From: an uncultured Fibrobacterota bacterium
GTDB taxonomy: Bacteria; Fibrobacterota; Chitinivibrionia; Chitinivibrionales; WJKA01
Assembly (NCBI GenBank): GCA_964589825.1
Contig: CAZPUS010000010.1
Coordinates: 14,862 to 78,861, forward strand
Reading direction: 5' to 3'
DNA length: 64,000 bases
Positions within the stretch are counted from its first letter, which is position 1. Each line of letters begins with the position of its first letter. The notes beneath the pieces were generated by a model. The model saw nothing but the letters and a program-made list of their open reading frames with translations, made no database searches and had not been told where the DNA came from. Below are positions 1 through 8,644 of the stretch, in pieces. A program made the translations under genes and the position numbers.

Positions 1-221
1 TCGAGTACCACTCCCCCGGCCGTATGTTCAGCAATTACCGTAAGCGTACCAACCGCTCCCGCCGCTGCCGGGGCGTTCTCCACAATCTCTGAACCGGGTT
101 CCGCCGCACCTGGGTATATACGCAGTTTATCCACTCTGTGCCACTGCATGGATGCATGCTCGTAAATGCTGTCCACACCACATTCGCTACACACTCTCCG
201 CAATGCGTCTGTATTGCGCAT
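1..221 (-). CDS. possible N-terminal part of an unidentified gene running off the left edge
   Basis: Hand translation of the minus strand gives a frame open from ATG 221-219 (alternative ATG 254-252) to base 3 with no stop: MRNTDALRRVCSECGVDSIYEHASMQWHRVDKLRIYPGAAEPGSEIVENAPAAAGAVGTLTVIAEHTAGGVVL... It is absent from the ORF track because it has no stop in the window. It is co-oriented with the upstream GT2 gene. No family recognised. Confidence 0.25.
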   Translation of the reverse strand, partial: MRNTDALRRVCSECGVDSIYEHASMQWHRVDKLRIYPGAAEPGSEIVENAPAAAGAVGTLTVIAEHTAGGVVL

Positions 222-1008
222 ATTCGTCCTCCTTTCCCCGCTTTCGACAACCATTGGCCATAATAAGTGCCTTTTTCCGTGCTATATCACGACATGCGTG
301 CTCCTGTTCACACGTCAATATGCCGGATTTTAAAAGATCGAGCAGCGCTCTTATCCTGAACCGATCCTGACGCTCGAATACCGATGAGAGCTGATCGGCA
401 TGACCGCCGTATCGTACCATTAGATACTCAGGTACAAGTCCTACCGGATACCGTGCAGTGATTCTCAGCCAAAGGTCGTAGTCTTCACATACCGCAAGCG
501 CCTCATTGAATCCAGCGGCTTCGTCAAACAGCGTCCGCTGCAAGAGAACCGATGACGGCGTTATCATACATCGCAGAAGGCTGAGATGAAAAATATCGCC
601 CGCGCGTTTGATGTGGCTGCGCGGTGGATTGACCCGTACTCCCTTGCGTATCCAGATCTCTCGTGTCTGAAGTATCCGTATGTGAGGATTTTCGCTAAGC
701 CACTCCTTCTGAAGCTGCAGTTTTGCCGGAAACCATTCATCGTCACTGTCAAGAAACGCGATCCATTCCCCCTGCGAGCGGGACACTCCGATATTGCGTG
801 CCGCCGCGGTACCATGACGTTCTGTGAGCCGAATATACCGAATAATGGATGATTCGCGAAGCAGCCCTATGTGCGGAGTATCGTCGCTGGAACAATCATC
901 AACCACGATTATCTCATGCGGTAAGAGGTGCTGCCGCAGCACAGATTGTAATGCACGCTGGACAGCCTCACAGCGATTGTACGTAGGGATGATAACCGAA
1001 ATACGCAT
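187..1008 (-). CDS. family-2 glycosyltransferase (GT-A fold)
   Basis: ORF 187..1056 trimmed to ATG 1008 (MRISVIIPTYNR...). The motifs IIPTYNR...VVDDCSSDDT and FLDSDDEW (DxD) are classic GT2 signatures. Confidence 0.85.
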   Translation of the reverse strand: MRISVIIPTYNRCEAVQRALQSVLRQHLLPHEIIVVDDCSSDDTPHIGLLRESSIIRYIRLTERHGTAAARNIGVSRSQGEWIAFLDSDDEWFPAKLQLQKEWLSENPHIRILQTREIWIRKGVRVNPPRSHIKRAGDIFHLSLLRCMITPSSVLLQRTLFDEAAGFNEALAVCEDYDLWLRITARYPVGLVPEYLMVRYGGHADQLSSVFERQDRFRIRALLDLLKSGILTCEQEHACRDIARKKALIMANGCRKRGKEDEYAQYRRIAESV

Positions 1009-1220
1009 TTGGTAAACATTCCTGTTATGCCCGGAATGTGAGATGGCCGGCAACACCTAAAACATGAAAACTAATACGGAATCACTCCCACGTTACCGGG
1101 GAGCATACCAATTTTTGCACCCCACACAACTAAGGGAGTACTATTGCAAATCCATGCGCTGTTCTTCCCCTGAACTAACGATACAGGAAGATCCACCGGC
1201 ACGTTAACAGCAATCAGCTA

Positions 1221-1973
1221 TTACTGATCACTCTCTTTGTTCGCCTCTTGTGTTTGCGATTCTTCCTGCTGTGCAACCAGAAGTGAGCCGCAACTCTGAC
1301 ACTTCATCACTTTTTCACCACGTCGAACTTCGTTGACAACCTGTGGCTCGAGAATTTTATAGCAATGAGAACATATACCACGTTCTCCTACATATCCAAG
1401 GACACGACCGTCCTTGCGTTTACCAAGAATAAAGTTATAGCTGCTGAGTGTTCGCCGGGGAATCTGTTGTGCAATTGCCTCACGCTCTTTACGCGCCTCT
1501 TCGATTTTTGCATCGATTGCCGCGATCTTTTCCCGCAATTCGCTGATCTGCGGGTCGTGTGTCTCATGCAGACGGCCAAGCTCCTCGGCCGCCGCATCCT
1601 TCTGCTGCTGCGCCTGCTCGATCTGTCCGGAGAGTGTCTCCCGACGCGAGTCAGAATTCGCGATTGTCTTTTTGTGTGCCGCAATTTCCTTTTGAATGGC
1701 GTCGTATTCCTTGTTGGTACTGATATTGTCCATGCGCTCCTGGCTTGAATCGAGCGCCTCTTTCGCTTGCTGAACTTTTGTGTCAAGTTCATTCTTTTCC
1801 TGCTGCGCAGCCTCTAGGCCCTCCCCCGCTTCTTCAACCTGCTGTTGTGCCCCGGTCAGCTCTTCCTCCAGCCGCTGCAGCGTCTCGGGATACTCTATCT
1901 TTGAATTCCGAATTTCTGAAATCCTTAAATCGATATTCTGAAGTTGCTTCAGGTATGAAAACACCTCGTTCAT
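1221..1973 (-). CDS. coiled-coil protein with C-terminal C4 zinc ribbon (COG1579/DUF164-like)
   Basis: ORF 1221..2027 trimmed to ATG 1973 (MNEVFSYLKQL, with GGGGGAAAT just upstream). A long heptad-rich Glu/Gln/Lys region is followed by CSHCYKIL...CQSCGSLL. Confidence 0.75.
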   Translation of the reverse strand: MNEVFSYLKQLQNIDLRISEIRNSKIEYPETLQRLEEELTGAQQQVEEAGEGLEAAQQEKNELDTKVQQAKEALDSSQERMDNISTNKEYDAIQKEIAAHKKTIANSDSRRETLSGQIEQAQQQKDAAAEELGRLHETHDPQISELREKIAAIDAKIEEARKEREAIAQQIPRRTLSSYNFILGKRKDGRVLGYVGERGICSHCYKILEPQVVNEVRRGEKVMKCQSCGSLLVAQQEESQTQEANKESDQ

Positions 1974-2133
1974 ATTTCCCCCGTGGGTGTGATGGGTGGC
2001 AGGAATCGTATACAAAAAAGAAAGCACTTCACCGGCGAAGTGCTTTATCGGATGTGCAGTGATAATCAGATAGAAGACAGGAAAACGGCAATCGCATAGG
2101 TACGTCTCATCAACCGACTCCTTGCATAAAAAA

Positions 2134-2207
2134 TGGGCCCACCAGGACTCGAACCTGGGACAAACGGATTATGAGTCCGCTACTCTAACCGACTGAGTTA
2201 TGGGCCC
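2134..2207 (-). tRNA. tRNA with CAT anticodon (elongator Met, or Ile2 if lysidine-modified)
   Basis: The minus strand reads GGGCCCA TA ACTC AGTCGGTTA GAGT A GCGGA CTCATAA TCCGT TTGTC CCAGG TTCGAGT CCTGG TGGGCCC A, 74 nt. All four cloverleaf stems pair, and the T-loop is TTCGAGT. The G1-C72 pair argues against an initiator. CCA is not encoded. Confidence 0.9.
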
Positions 2208-2323
2208 GTGTCTGATTCTGGTAAAAATAATATTTTACTTTTACTCCCATCAAATAGTATTCGCGTACCGCCCCCGAAAGATTTTTTGCAGGGTTTACTC
2301 TCCATCTTCGACACCGGTCGTAT

Positions 2324-2968
2324 TCAAAAAATAAAAAGAAACCAAAATCGTCGAAACGGACCGTAGAGCGGATAAAGAATAGGAGAAATAAGCGGAATGT
2401 TCAACGCCCATTCTCCGATAATAAGCGTTAAAAAAATCATCGGCACGTACTGCGCAACACGCATATAGCGCTGCGCTTTGTCGGGTGCGAGTAGACCTGC
2501 AAGAATTTTGGAGCCGTCCAGTGGAGGTACGGGAAGCAAATTGAAAAATGCAATGCCAAGACTGATATTGATAAAGAGAGTACCGAATTGCTGAATATAG
2601 GGCGTTGCCGCAGAGGCCTGTAGACCGAACGGATCGAGAAAAAACAAAAACTGGAAAATATTGCCCGCGATAATTGCGGTAAGAATATTCGATGCCGGCC
2701 CTGCTGCGCTCACGAGTACACTATCCCTGCGGGGATCCTTGAGCTGTGCCGGATTAACCGGAACCGGCCGGGCCCAGCCGAAGGGGCCGAACAACAGCAT
2801 CAGGGTGCCGAAGGGATCCAGATGCATAAGCGGATTGAAGCTCAGCCGCCCCTGCATCTTCGCGGTCATGTCTCCGTGACGGTATGCGATCCATCCGTGA
2901 GAGAATTCATGTATAGTCAGCACCAGCAGGATTACCGGTATGCGTATGAGAAGCTGCTCGGTCATCAT
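2324..2968 (-). CDS. site-2 protease family (peptidase M50) membrane metalloprotease
   Basis: ORF 2324..2998 trimmed to ATG 2968, which forms an ATGA overlap with the stop of the upstream gene. HEFSH (HExxH) sits in the first hydrophobic segment. The body is multi-TM and contains LLPVPPLDG. Confidence 0.8.
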   Translation of the reverse strand: MMTEQLLIRIPVILLVLTIHEFSHGWIAYRHGDMTAKMQGRLSFNPLMHLDPFGTLMLLFGPFGWARPVPVNPAQLKDPRRDSVLVSAAGPASNILTAIIAGNIFQFLFFLDPFGLQASAATPYIQQFGTLFINISLGIAFFNLLPVPPLDGSKILAGLLAPDKAQRYMRVAQYVPMIFLTLIIGEWALNIPLISPILYPLYGPFRRFWFLFIF

Positions 2969-4269
2969 CGTTGCACATACTCCGGCTCGAGCGTGCAAAG
3001 ATTTATACCCGACTCTCGGGCCATTTCTCCTACCGTCACGAATCGATACCCCATATTTCTCAGCGAGTCGATAAGTCCGCCCAGTATCAGATGCACCTGC
3101 TCGTCCGGATTCTCTCTTTTTGTGCCTAAATGCATAAGGATGATCCCTCCGTTTATTCCATGAGGTTTACGGGTTGCCAGCGTCATTATTTTATCCATCA
3201 CCTCGTCCGGTGAACGATAGCCCGGTGTCTCCTCATCCGGAATCCAGTCATGAGTATCGAGCGTTACCCGCCAGGTATGTCCCTGACGCCATCCCACATG
3301 CATATAGCCTGCAGCGCGTCCCCAGGTACAGATCCGGCTGTTTCTTTCTCCATAGGGCGCGCGCCATAAAGGCGCGAGCCGATGATTCGTAACTTCCTTA
3401 AACACCTTACGCGTCTTCTCGAGTTGTCGGGCGATCATTTTGGAATCGACCCCGTCTCTGGTGGCGTGGGTACGTTTGCTGGCCCACGTCGTAAGATGAG
3501 GGTGCGACCAGGTATGGTTACCTATCTCGTGGCCCCGGGTTACAATCCTGCGGACAAGAGATGCATTGCGTCGGATAAAATAACCGGTTAAAAACATGGT
3601 GGCTTTTACATCCCGTGATGCCAGCGTGTCGAGTATGGCATCTGCGACATTGGCAAACGATCCTCCGTCAAAAGTTAATGAAACAAGCGGCTTCTTCTGG
3701 ATTCCGTTGTCGAAGCTCAACGGTATCCCTGCCGCATTCTTTTTAGAAAGAAGGCCGGATTGAGGAGAAACGACCTTCGGGGGGGGGCTTTGTCGACGGG
3801 GACGGTCTATGGATATATTCGAAGCTTTTTTGCGCTCCTTATCCGCCACATGTACGCGATCCATCGCCTCCATGTATTTGAGCCGAAATTCCTCCGCTGC
3901 TGCCTGCACACGTGTGTATTTACGCTGCATTGCGGCAATCCGCTGCGATGCGCTGCGCAGACGGATTGTATTCCATATTCCCACCGTACCCAGCACAAGC
4001 CCGCTGCCCAGCAGAATAACCAGTATTAAACTCCCCACCCTGCCGTGTATGGACAAGAATTTTTTGCCTCTACCACCCTGTGCGTTTTCTATACAGGCAC
4101 CAATGCCACATTCACGGGGAAAACAGGTATCACAGCAATATATTTCTCCCTTGTATATCACACAGCAGTCTATACATTCCCACTTACCGCACACATTACA
4201 ACGGCCGAATGCCGGAGTATCCGGATGGTTGTTACAATATTGTATGGAATGTGAAGAATCGAGACGCAT
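2965..4269 (-). CDS. membrane-anchored polysaccharide deacetylase (NodB domain) with Cys-rich N-terminal module
   Basis: The N-terminus is CNNHPDTPAFGRCNVCGKWECIDCCVIYKGEIYCCDTCF, followed by a TM helix (LILVILLGSGLVLGTVGIW) and a coiled coil. NodB motifs follow: LTFDGG, HEIGNHTWSHPHL and RAPYG. Confidence 0.85.
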   Translation of the reverse strand: MRLDSSHSIQYCNNHPDTPAFGRCNVCGKWECIDCCVIYKGEIYCCDTCFPRECGIGACIENAQGGRGKKFLSIHGRVGSLILVILLGSGLVLGTVGIWNTIRLRSASQRIAAMQRKYTRVQAAAEEFRLKYMEAMDRVHVADKERKKASNISIDRPRRQSPPPKVVSPQSGLLSKKNAAGIPLSFDNGIQKKPLVSLTFDGGSFANVADAILDTLASRDVKATMFLTGYFIRRNASLVRRIVTRGHEIGNHTWSHPHLTTWASKRTHATRDGVDSKMIARQLEKTRKVFKEVTNHRLAPLWRAPYGERNSRICTWGRAAGYMHVGWRQGHTWRVTLDTHDWIPDEETPGYRSPDEVMDKIMTLATRKPHGINGGIILMHLGTKRENPDEQVHLILGGLIDSLRNMGYRFVTVGEMARESGINLCTLEPEYVQR

Positions 4270-4298
4270 ACCCGCTCTCTAGTCAGGTTCAGGTGGAA

Positions 4299-6152
4299 TT
4301 ATGTGTCGCACGAACGTGCACCAGGATCGGCAAACTGCATATCATACAGCTGCTTGTATCGTCCTTGCTGTGCAAGCAGTGTTCGATGGTCCCCCACTTC
4401 CACGATTCTTCCCTGATCCATAACCACGATATTATCCGCATGCTGCACTGTGGAAAGCCGATGTGCCACCACGAGCGTGGTTCTGTTTTTCATCAGGCGC
4501 TGAATTGCGGACTGTACTAGTTTTTCCGACTCTGTGTCCAGTGAAGAAGTCGCTTCATCGAAAATAAGTACCGACGGATTCTTTAACAATGCACGGGCAA
4601 TAGAAATACGCTGACACTGTCCTCCCGAAAGCATCACGCCGTTCTCCCCGATAAACGTCTGATACCCTTCGGCCAGCTGTGTTATAAACTCATGGGCATT
4701 GGCCGCTTTCGCCGCTTCTACTACCTGATCGATACTCGCGTGCGAAACACCGTAGCCGATGTTATTATAGACAGTGTCATTGAACAGCACGGTCTGTTGT
4801 GTCACTATTCCATAAAGTCGACGAAGCGAAGCAACGTCGACATCTCTGATATCCTGATCGTCTATACGAATGGAGCCCTGATTGACCTCATAAAACCGTG
4901 CCAGTAGATCGAGCATTGTCGACTTACCGGCGCCACTCGCACCCACAAGCGCTACCACCTCTCCTTTTTCCACCGTCAGGCTGATATGATGTAATACCTG
5001 CTTCTGCGTACCGGGATAAGTAAAACAGACATCTTGAAAGGAAATCGCCCGGTTGAAGCAAGGTACATGCCGGGATTGTGCGGGAAACACCTGTTCCGCA
5101 GGCATGTCGAGTATACCAAAAATACGATCCGCAGCCGCCAATCCGCTTTGTATGGTATTGTTTATCCCACCCAGTGCTTTCCACGGCTGATAGGAAAATA
5201 TCAAAAGGGTAAGATAACGGACGAAATCTTCAGCGGTCATTCCTTTGTGCGACAGCACTTCCCGACCGCCATACCAGAGAAGCCCCACCGCCATACAGAT
5301 GCCGAGTGTCTCGGTGAGCGGCGAGGTGAGCGCCCTGACTTTACGGGATCTGAAGGAGGAGTGGACAAATTTGTTGTTTTCCTGATGAAATTTCGCGGTC
5401 TCCGCTTCGTTCATGTTGAACATCTTTACAATCCGCACACCCGCAATCGTTTCCCGAAGTACCGAAACCAGGCCCGCCATATCGTTGAGCACGCGCTTGC
5501 TGCGCCGCTTAACCGTTTTGCCGATTCGAACGATAACATAACCCAAAATCGGATAGATCAGAAAAACAAGAAGCGTCATCTTGAAATTGATGATCAGCAA
5601 TAGCACGATAAACGTAACCAGCCGAATCGGCTCCGTAACGAGTTTACTGATGGTATTGGTCATTGCCGCATTTATCCGCTGCACATCGTTGAGTACGATC
5701 GACATCACGTTACCCGATTTGTTCTGATCGAAATAGCTTACCGGTAATCGCAGCGTATGCGAGTAAAGACTGTTGCGGACATCTCTCACTACCCTGAGAT
5801 TGAGAAAAGCCACTACAAGAGACTTTATATAAATGAATAGATCTTTTAAAAAAAATGAAACCAGAAATATCAGACACACACGCATAAGCGTGATATGCGG
5901 CTTTGATGAATGTACTAGTGAGTAGAACCATGCCTTGAGAAATGAATTGAGTTCATTCCAGGAAAAAGCATGCGACGTGACGTGTGATTTGTCCGGGTTG
6001 AACAACACTTCGGTGAGAGTCCCGACTGTCCACAGGGAGACGCTTTCCGCGGCAACAATACATAATGAGAGCAGTACCGAAAAAAACAACCAGTGCAGGT
6101 ATGGACGCACGTAACCGAGCATGCGCAGATATGTACGAGGATTTTTTTTCAT
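4299..6152 (-). CDS. ABC exporter, fused TMD-NBD, MsbA/lipid-A-flippase-like
   Basis: 617 aa. It has a six-TM N-terminal half, Walker A GASGAGKST, signature LSGGQCQR, Walker B LIFDEATSSLD and an H-loop VVAHRL. Confidence 0.85.
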   Translation of the reverse strand: MKKNPRTYLRMLGYVRPYLHWLFFSVLLSLCIVAAESVSLWTVGTLTEVLFNPDKSHVTSHAFSWNELNSFLKAWFYSLVHSSKPHITLMRVCLIFLVSFFLKDLFIYIKSLVVAFLNLRVVRDVRNSLYSHTLRLPVSYFDQNKSGNVMSIVLNDVQRINAAMTNTISKLVTEPIRLVTFIVLLLIINFKMTLLVFLIYPILGYVIVRIGKTVKRRSKRVLNDMAGLVSVLRETIAGVRIVKMFNMNEAETAKFHQENNKFVHSSFRSRKVRALTSPLTETLGICMAVGLLWYGGREVLSHKGMTAEDFVRYLTLLIFSYQPWKALGGINNTIQSGLAAADRIFGILDMPAEQVFPAQSRHVPCFNRAISFQDVCFTYPGTQKQVLHHISLTVEKGEVVALVGASGAGKSTMLDLLARFYEVNQGSIRIDDQDIRDVDVASLRRLYGIVTQQTVLFNDTVYNNIGYGVSHASIDQVVEAAKAANAHEFITQLAEGYQTFIGENGVMLSGGQCQRISIARALLKNPSVLIFDEATSSLDTESEKLVQSAIQRLMKNRTTLVVAHRLSTVQHADNIVVMDQGRIVEVGDHRTLLAQQGRYKQLYDMQFADPGARSCDT

Positions 6153-6272
6153 TTATGACAAGAAAAATACCATTTGTGAGCTTCATTGTTGCGCCGAATA
6201 CGAAACATGGCGCACTACATTGGTTTAATCCAAACGATTGAGGTATGCACACGACAGTAAGCCATGCTGCTA

Positions 6273-7160
6273 TCAATGCGTTTCAGGCACGGACTGCACA
6301 TTTGCATTTGTATCACAGGTGCGTACCGCCTGCGCATCCCAGTCGATCGATTCCGCCACGTGCCGTGCATGGGCACGGTCCTTTGCCACACCTATCATAG
6401 TGGATCCAGACCCGCTCATAAGTGCAGTCTCACATCCATAATGCAGAAGCTGCTGTTTGATTACACCAAGTTGTGGAAAGTGCTCAAAAACAAACCGTTC
6501 AAAATCATTGTGCATCGATGCCACTACCTGCGCTCGATCATTGGCCTTAAAACCTTCTTTCATCATCTGTGTCCTATCACGCAGCATATTGATGCGCATA
6601 TAATCAAGGCAACTATATGCAAATGGTGTCGACACTCCAAACGGTGGGCGCACCAATACAAAATCGAATGTTAAATCGGTTTGTATCTCATCGACATCGA
6701 GTGTCGTTTCAGTATCCAGGGCGGTGGTTGAATAAAAAAAATACGGTATATCCATTCCGATGTGTTGACCGATCGCTGCAAGCCGGTCGACACTGAATCC
6801 GCAATCCCACAAAGTATTACACAACGCAAGTACGGCTGCAGCATCTGCGCTTCCCCCTGCAAGACCTCCTGCCGCAGGAATATGTTTATGAAGCGTAATA
6901 TGCACCCCGGAAGAAATCCCGGCCTCTTTCCGAAGCCTTTCGGCTGCTTTCCAGCACAGGTTCTTTCTGTTCGATACGACATCGTTTCCTGCGACCTCGA
7001 GGGATATACTATCGGCTGCCGTAACCTTCACGCCATCACAGATATCTATGCGATGCTTTATCGCACTGATACGATGGTATCCTGAAAAAGGCCCCTCTTC
7101 AAGTCGCTTTTCGATGTCGAGCGCGAGGGTTATCCTCGCACATGCGCGCAATACGCTCAT
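6273..7160 (-). CDS. ispE: 4-diphosphocytidyl-2-C-methyl-D-erythritol kinase
   Basis: 295 aa. It has the GHMP-kinase motif PAAGGLAGGSADAAA and an N-terminal IspE-like KINLxLxI-type segment (ARITLALDI). Confidence 0.8.
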   Translation of the reverse strand: MSVLRACARITLALDIEKRLEEGPFSGYHRISAIKHRIDICDGVKVTAADSISLEVAGNDVVSNRKNLCWKAAERLRKEAGISSGVHITLHKHIPAAGGLAGGSADAAAVLALCNTLWDCGFSVDRLAAIGQHIGMDIPYFFYSTTALDTETTLDVDEIQTDLTFDFVLVRPPFGVSTPFAYSCLDYMRINMLRDRTQMMKEGFKANDRAQVVASMHNDFERFVFEHFPQLGVIKQQLLHYGCETALMSGSGSTMIGVAKDRAHARHVAESIDWDAQAVRTCDTNANVQSVPETH

Positions 7161-7182
7161 TTACATACGCTCCTGGTCTAAT

Positions 7183-8430
7183 TTACAGATGCAATGACGC
7201 ATATATACCGAACTGTTGTCGGGCAACATAGAGATCGATGGCAAGCGGATCGAGGTCAATACCGCCGCCGGCACTCAGGGAATGTGCGGCGATTTTGGTA
7301 TCGCCATACAGCGCGCTATAGGACAACTCGATCGGCGCATACGCATAACCTGTCCGTACAGTGAACACCTCTCCCCATCGTGTCTGAATTCCGCAGCGGA
7401 AAAAAAACCGAATGGGAATTCCTCCCGATAAAAGCCCTACTGAAGAGACATCGACCGGTACATGAAGCATGACCGGGGCAAAAAAACCGTCTATCGTTTT
7501 TCTGAAGACTATGCCGGCGGTAAACGTCCGGTACACCCCCGGCATCCACCCTTGTATAATAGCCGCGGTATCCGCGTATCTCAATGAATCCATATAGAGT
7601 GTATCCCGTGGAGCAGAACGATACACTGTATCGACACGATGCCACAGTGACGGTCGACGACGCTGCCACGAATATCCCAGCGCATTACCGAGCATGGCAC
7701 CAAAATCGACATGGGGAGCAACGGCTCGCTGATAAATCCCCACATCAAGGCCAATCTCACGATGTGCGATATTCTGTGACCCGACCCAATCGGCTACAGG
7801 CGCATACAGCGTATCGATATCATGTTGCACCAGAGAAATCCTGCGCAGTGGCAATGAATCGTAGCATGCACTCCTCCAGTCAAAACGACTTGCCCGAAGA
7901 TGGATGCCGATATCGATTGGACCGCGATCCATTGTATAGGGGAATATCCTTGTTGAGAGGCCGATACGGCCACGCTGCATCGTATTTCCCTGACGCGAAC
8001 GGGCATTAACAATCGAGATTCCGGTGGTAACATATTCTTCTATGGTGTACTCTCCTGCCCCCTGTTCCAGATGTGCATCGAACATCGGAGTGAGCCCTAT
8101 CCCGACACCTGCTGCAATCGTAGCACCATCCTGCTGATAGATATGATGCATGTGGGCAAGTGCAGGATTTCTGGAAGAACCGGAAAACGCAGTTGTGAGT
8201 GCACATCCTGCTGTACCCAGTGCCGAGATACGGGGGTGCACATCACCATAGACATGGTACAGCTCAAATGCCGGGGTATTATGCGGAAGCTTATCACTTC
8301 CCTGCTGTGCATACAAACAAGAATACATCAGCACAACGGTTGACAGTACGCATACAAAGCAATAGCAGGATACGTGATATTTTGAGCGGTGGATACTTGA
8401 AACGATTCCGATCATGAGGGAAAAATACAT
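7183..8430 (-). CDS. hypothetical exported protein, probable outer-membrane beta-barrel
   Basis: 415-aa ORF with an N-terminal hydrophobic signal-like region. It is rich in Gly/Tyr/Ala with alternating patterns to the C-terminus. No family recognised and the true start is uncertain. Confidence 0.5.
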   Translation of the reverse strand: MYFSLMIGIVSSIHRSKYHVSCYCFVCVLSTVVLMYSCLYAQQGSDKLPHNTPAFELYHVYGDVHPRISALGTAGCALTTAFSGSSRNPALAHMHHIYQQDGATIAAGVGIGLTPMFDAHLEQGAGEYTIEEYVTTGISIVNARSRQGNTMQRGRIGLSTRIFPYTMDRGPIDIGIHLRASRFDWRSACYDSLPLRRISLVQHDIDTLYAPVADWVGSQNIAHREIGLDVGIYQRAVAPHVDFGAMLGNALGYSWQRRRPSLWHRVDTVYRSAPRDTLYMDSLRYADTAAIIQGWMPGVYRTFTAGIVFRKTIDGFFAPVMLHVPVDVSSVGLLSGGIPIRFFFRCGIQTRWGEVFTVRTGYAYAPIELSYSALYGDTKIAAHSLSAGGGIDLDPLAIDLYVARQQFGIYASLHL

Positions 8431-8564
8431 TCCCCGACAAGATCAAATACCGCAGCTGCCTTCAGTGCAGCACTGGCACACATTATTTTTTGCCTACACA
8501 TTTGTTGTACAGGATATATCCGGTGTGATTCTTTGCTCTTCATGCGACACTGAGCGATTTTTTA

Positions 8565-8621
8565 CCTAAATTGCGCGGTTTTTTATGGAAAGCTGTTGTC
8601 ATCAAAACACCTCAGGTTAGG
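8565..8621 (+). repeat. possible short (57-nt) derivative of the inverted-repeat element family (copy G)
   Basis: CCTAAATTGCGCGGTTTTTTATGGAAAGCTG resembles the 5' part of copies A/B/E (CCyrAATTGnrCGrTT...TTTTATGAAAGCTG). The ends CCTAAATTG / CAGGTTAGG can pair (7 WC, 1 G-T, 1 mismatch). It lies 23 nt upstream of the mgtE start. Confidence 0.35.
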
Positions 8622-8644
8622 TTCAAATCATTCAAGGAGCTGCA

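Noticed and set aside
35-250. 71-aa minus-strand ORF at the left edge
   Set aside because: It is an Arg-rich shadow-like sequence overlapping the GT2 3' end by 64 nt. A different minus frame that stays open to the window edge is a somewhat better candidate, and it is listed with low confidence.
8431-8644. An M-box (ykoK) Mg2+ riboswitch upstream of mgtE
   Set aside because: I could not find the conserved M-box segments by eye. Only a short GGTTAGGT word is present, and it lies too close to the ribosome-binding site. A covariance-model scan is needed before it can be excluded.
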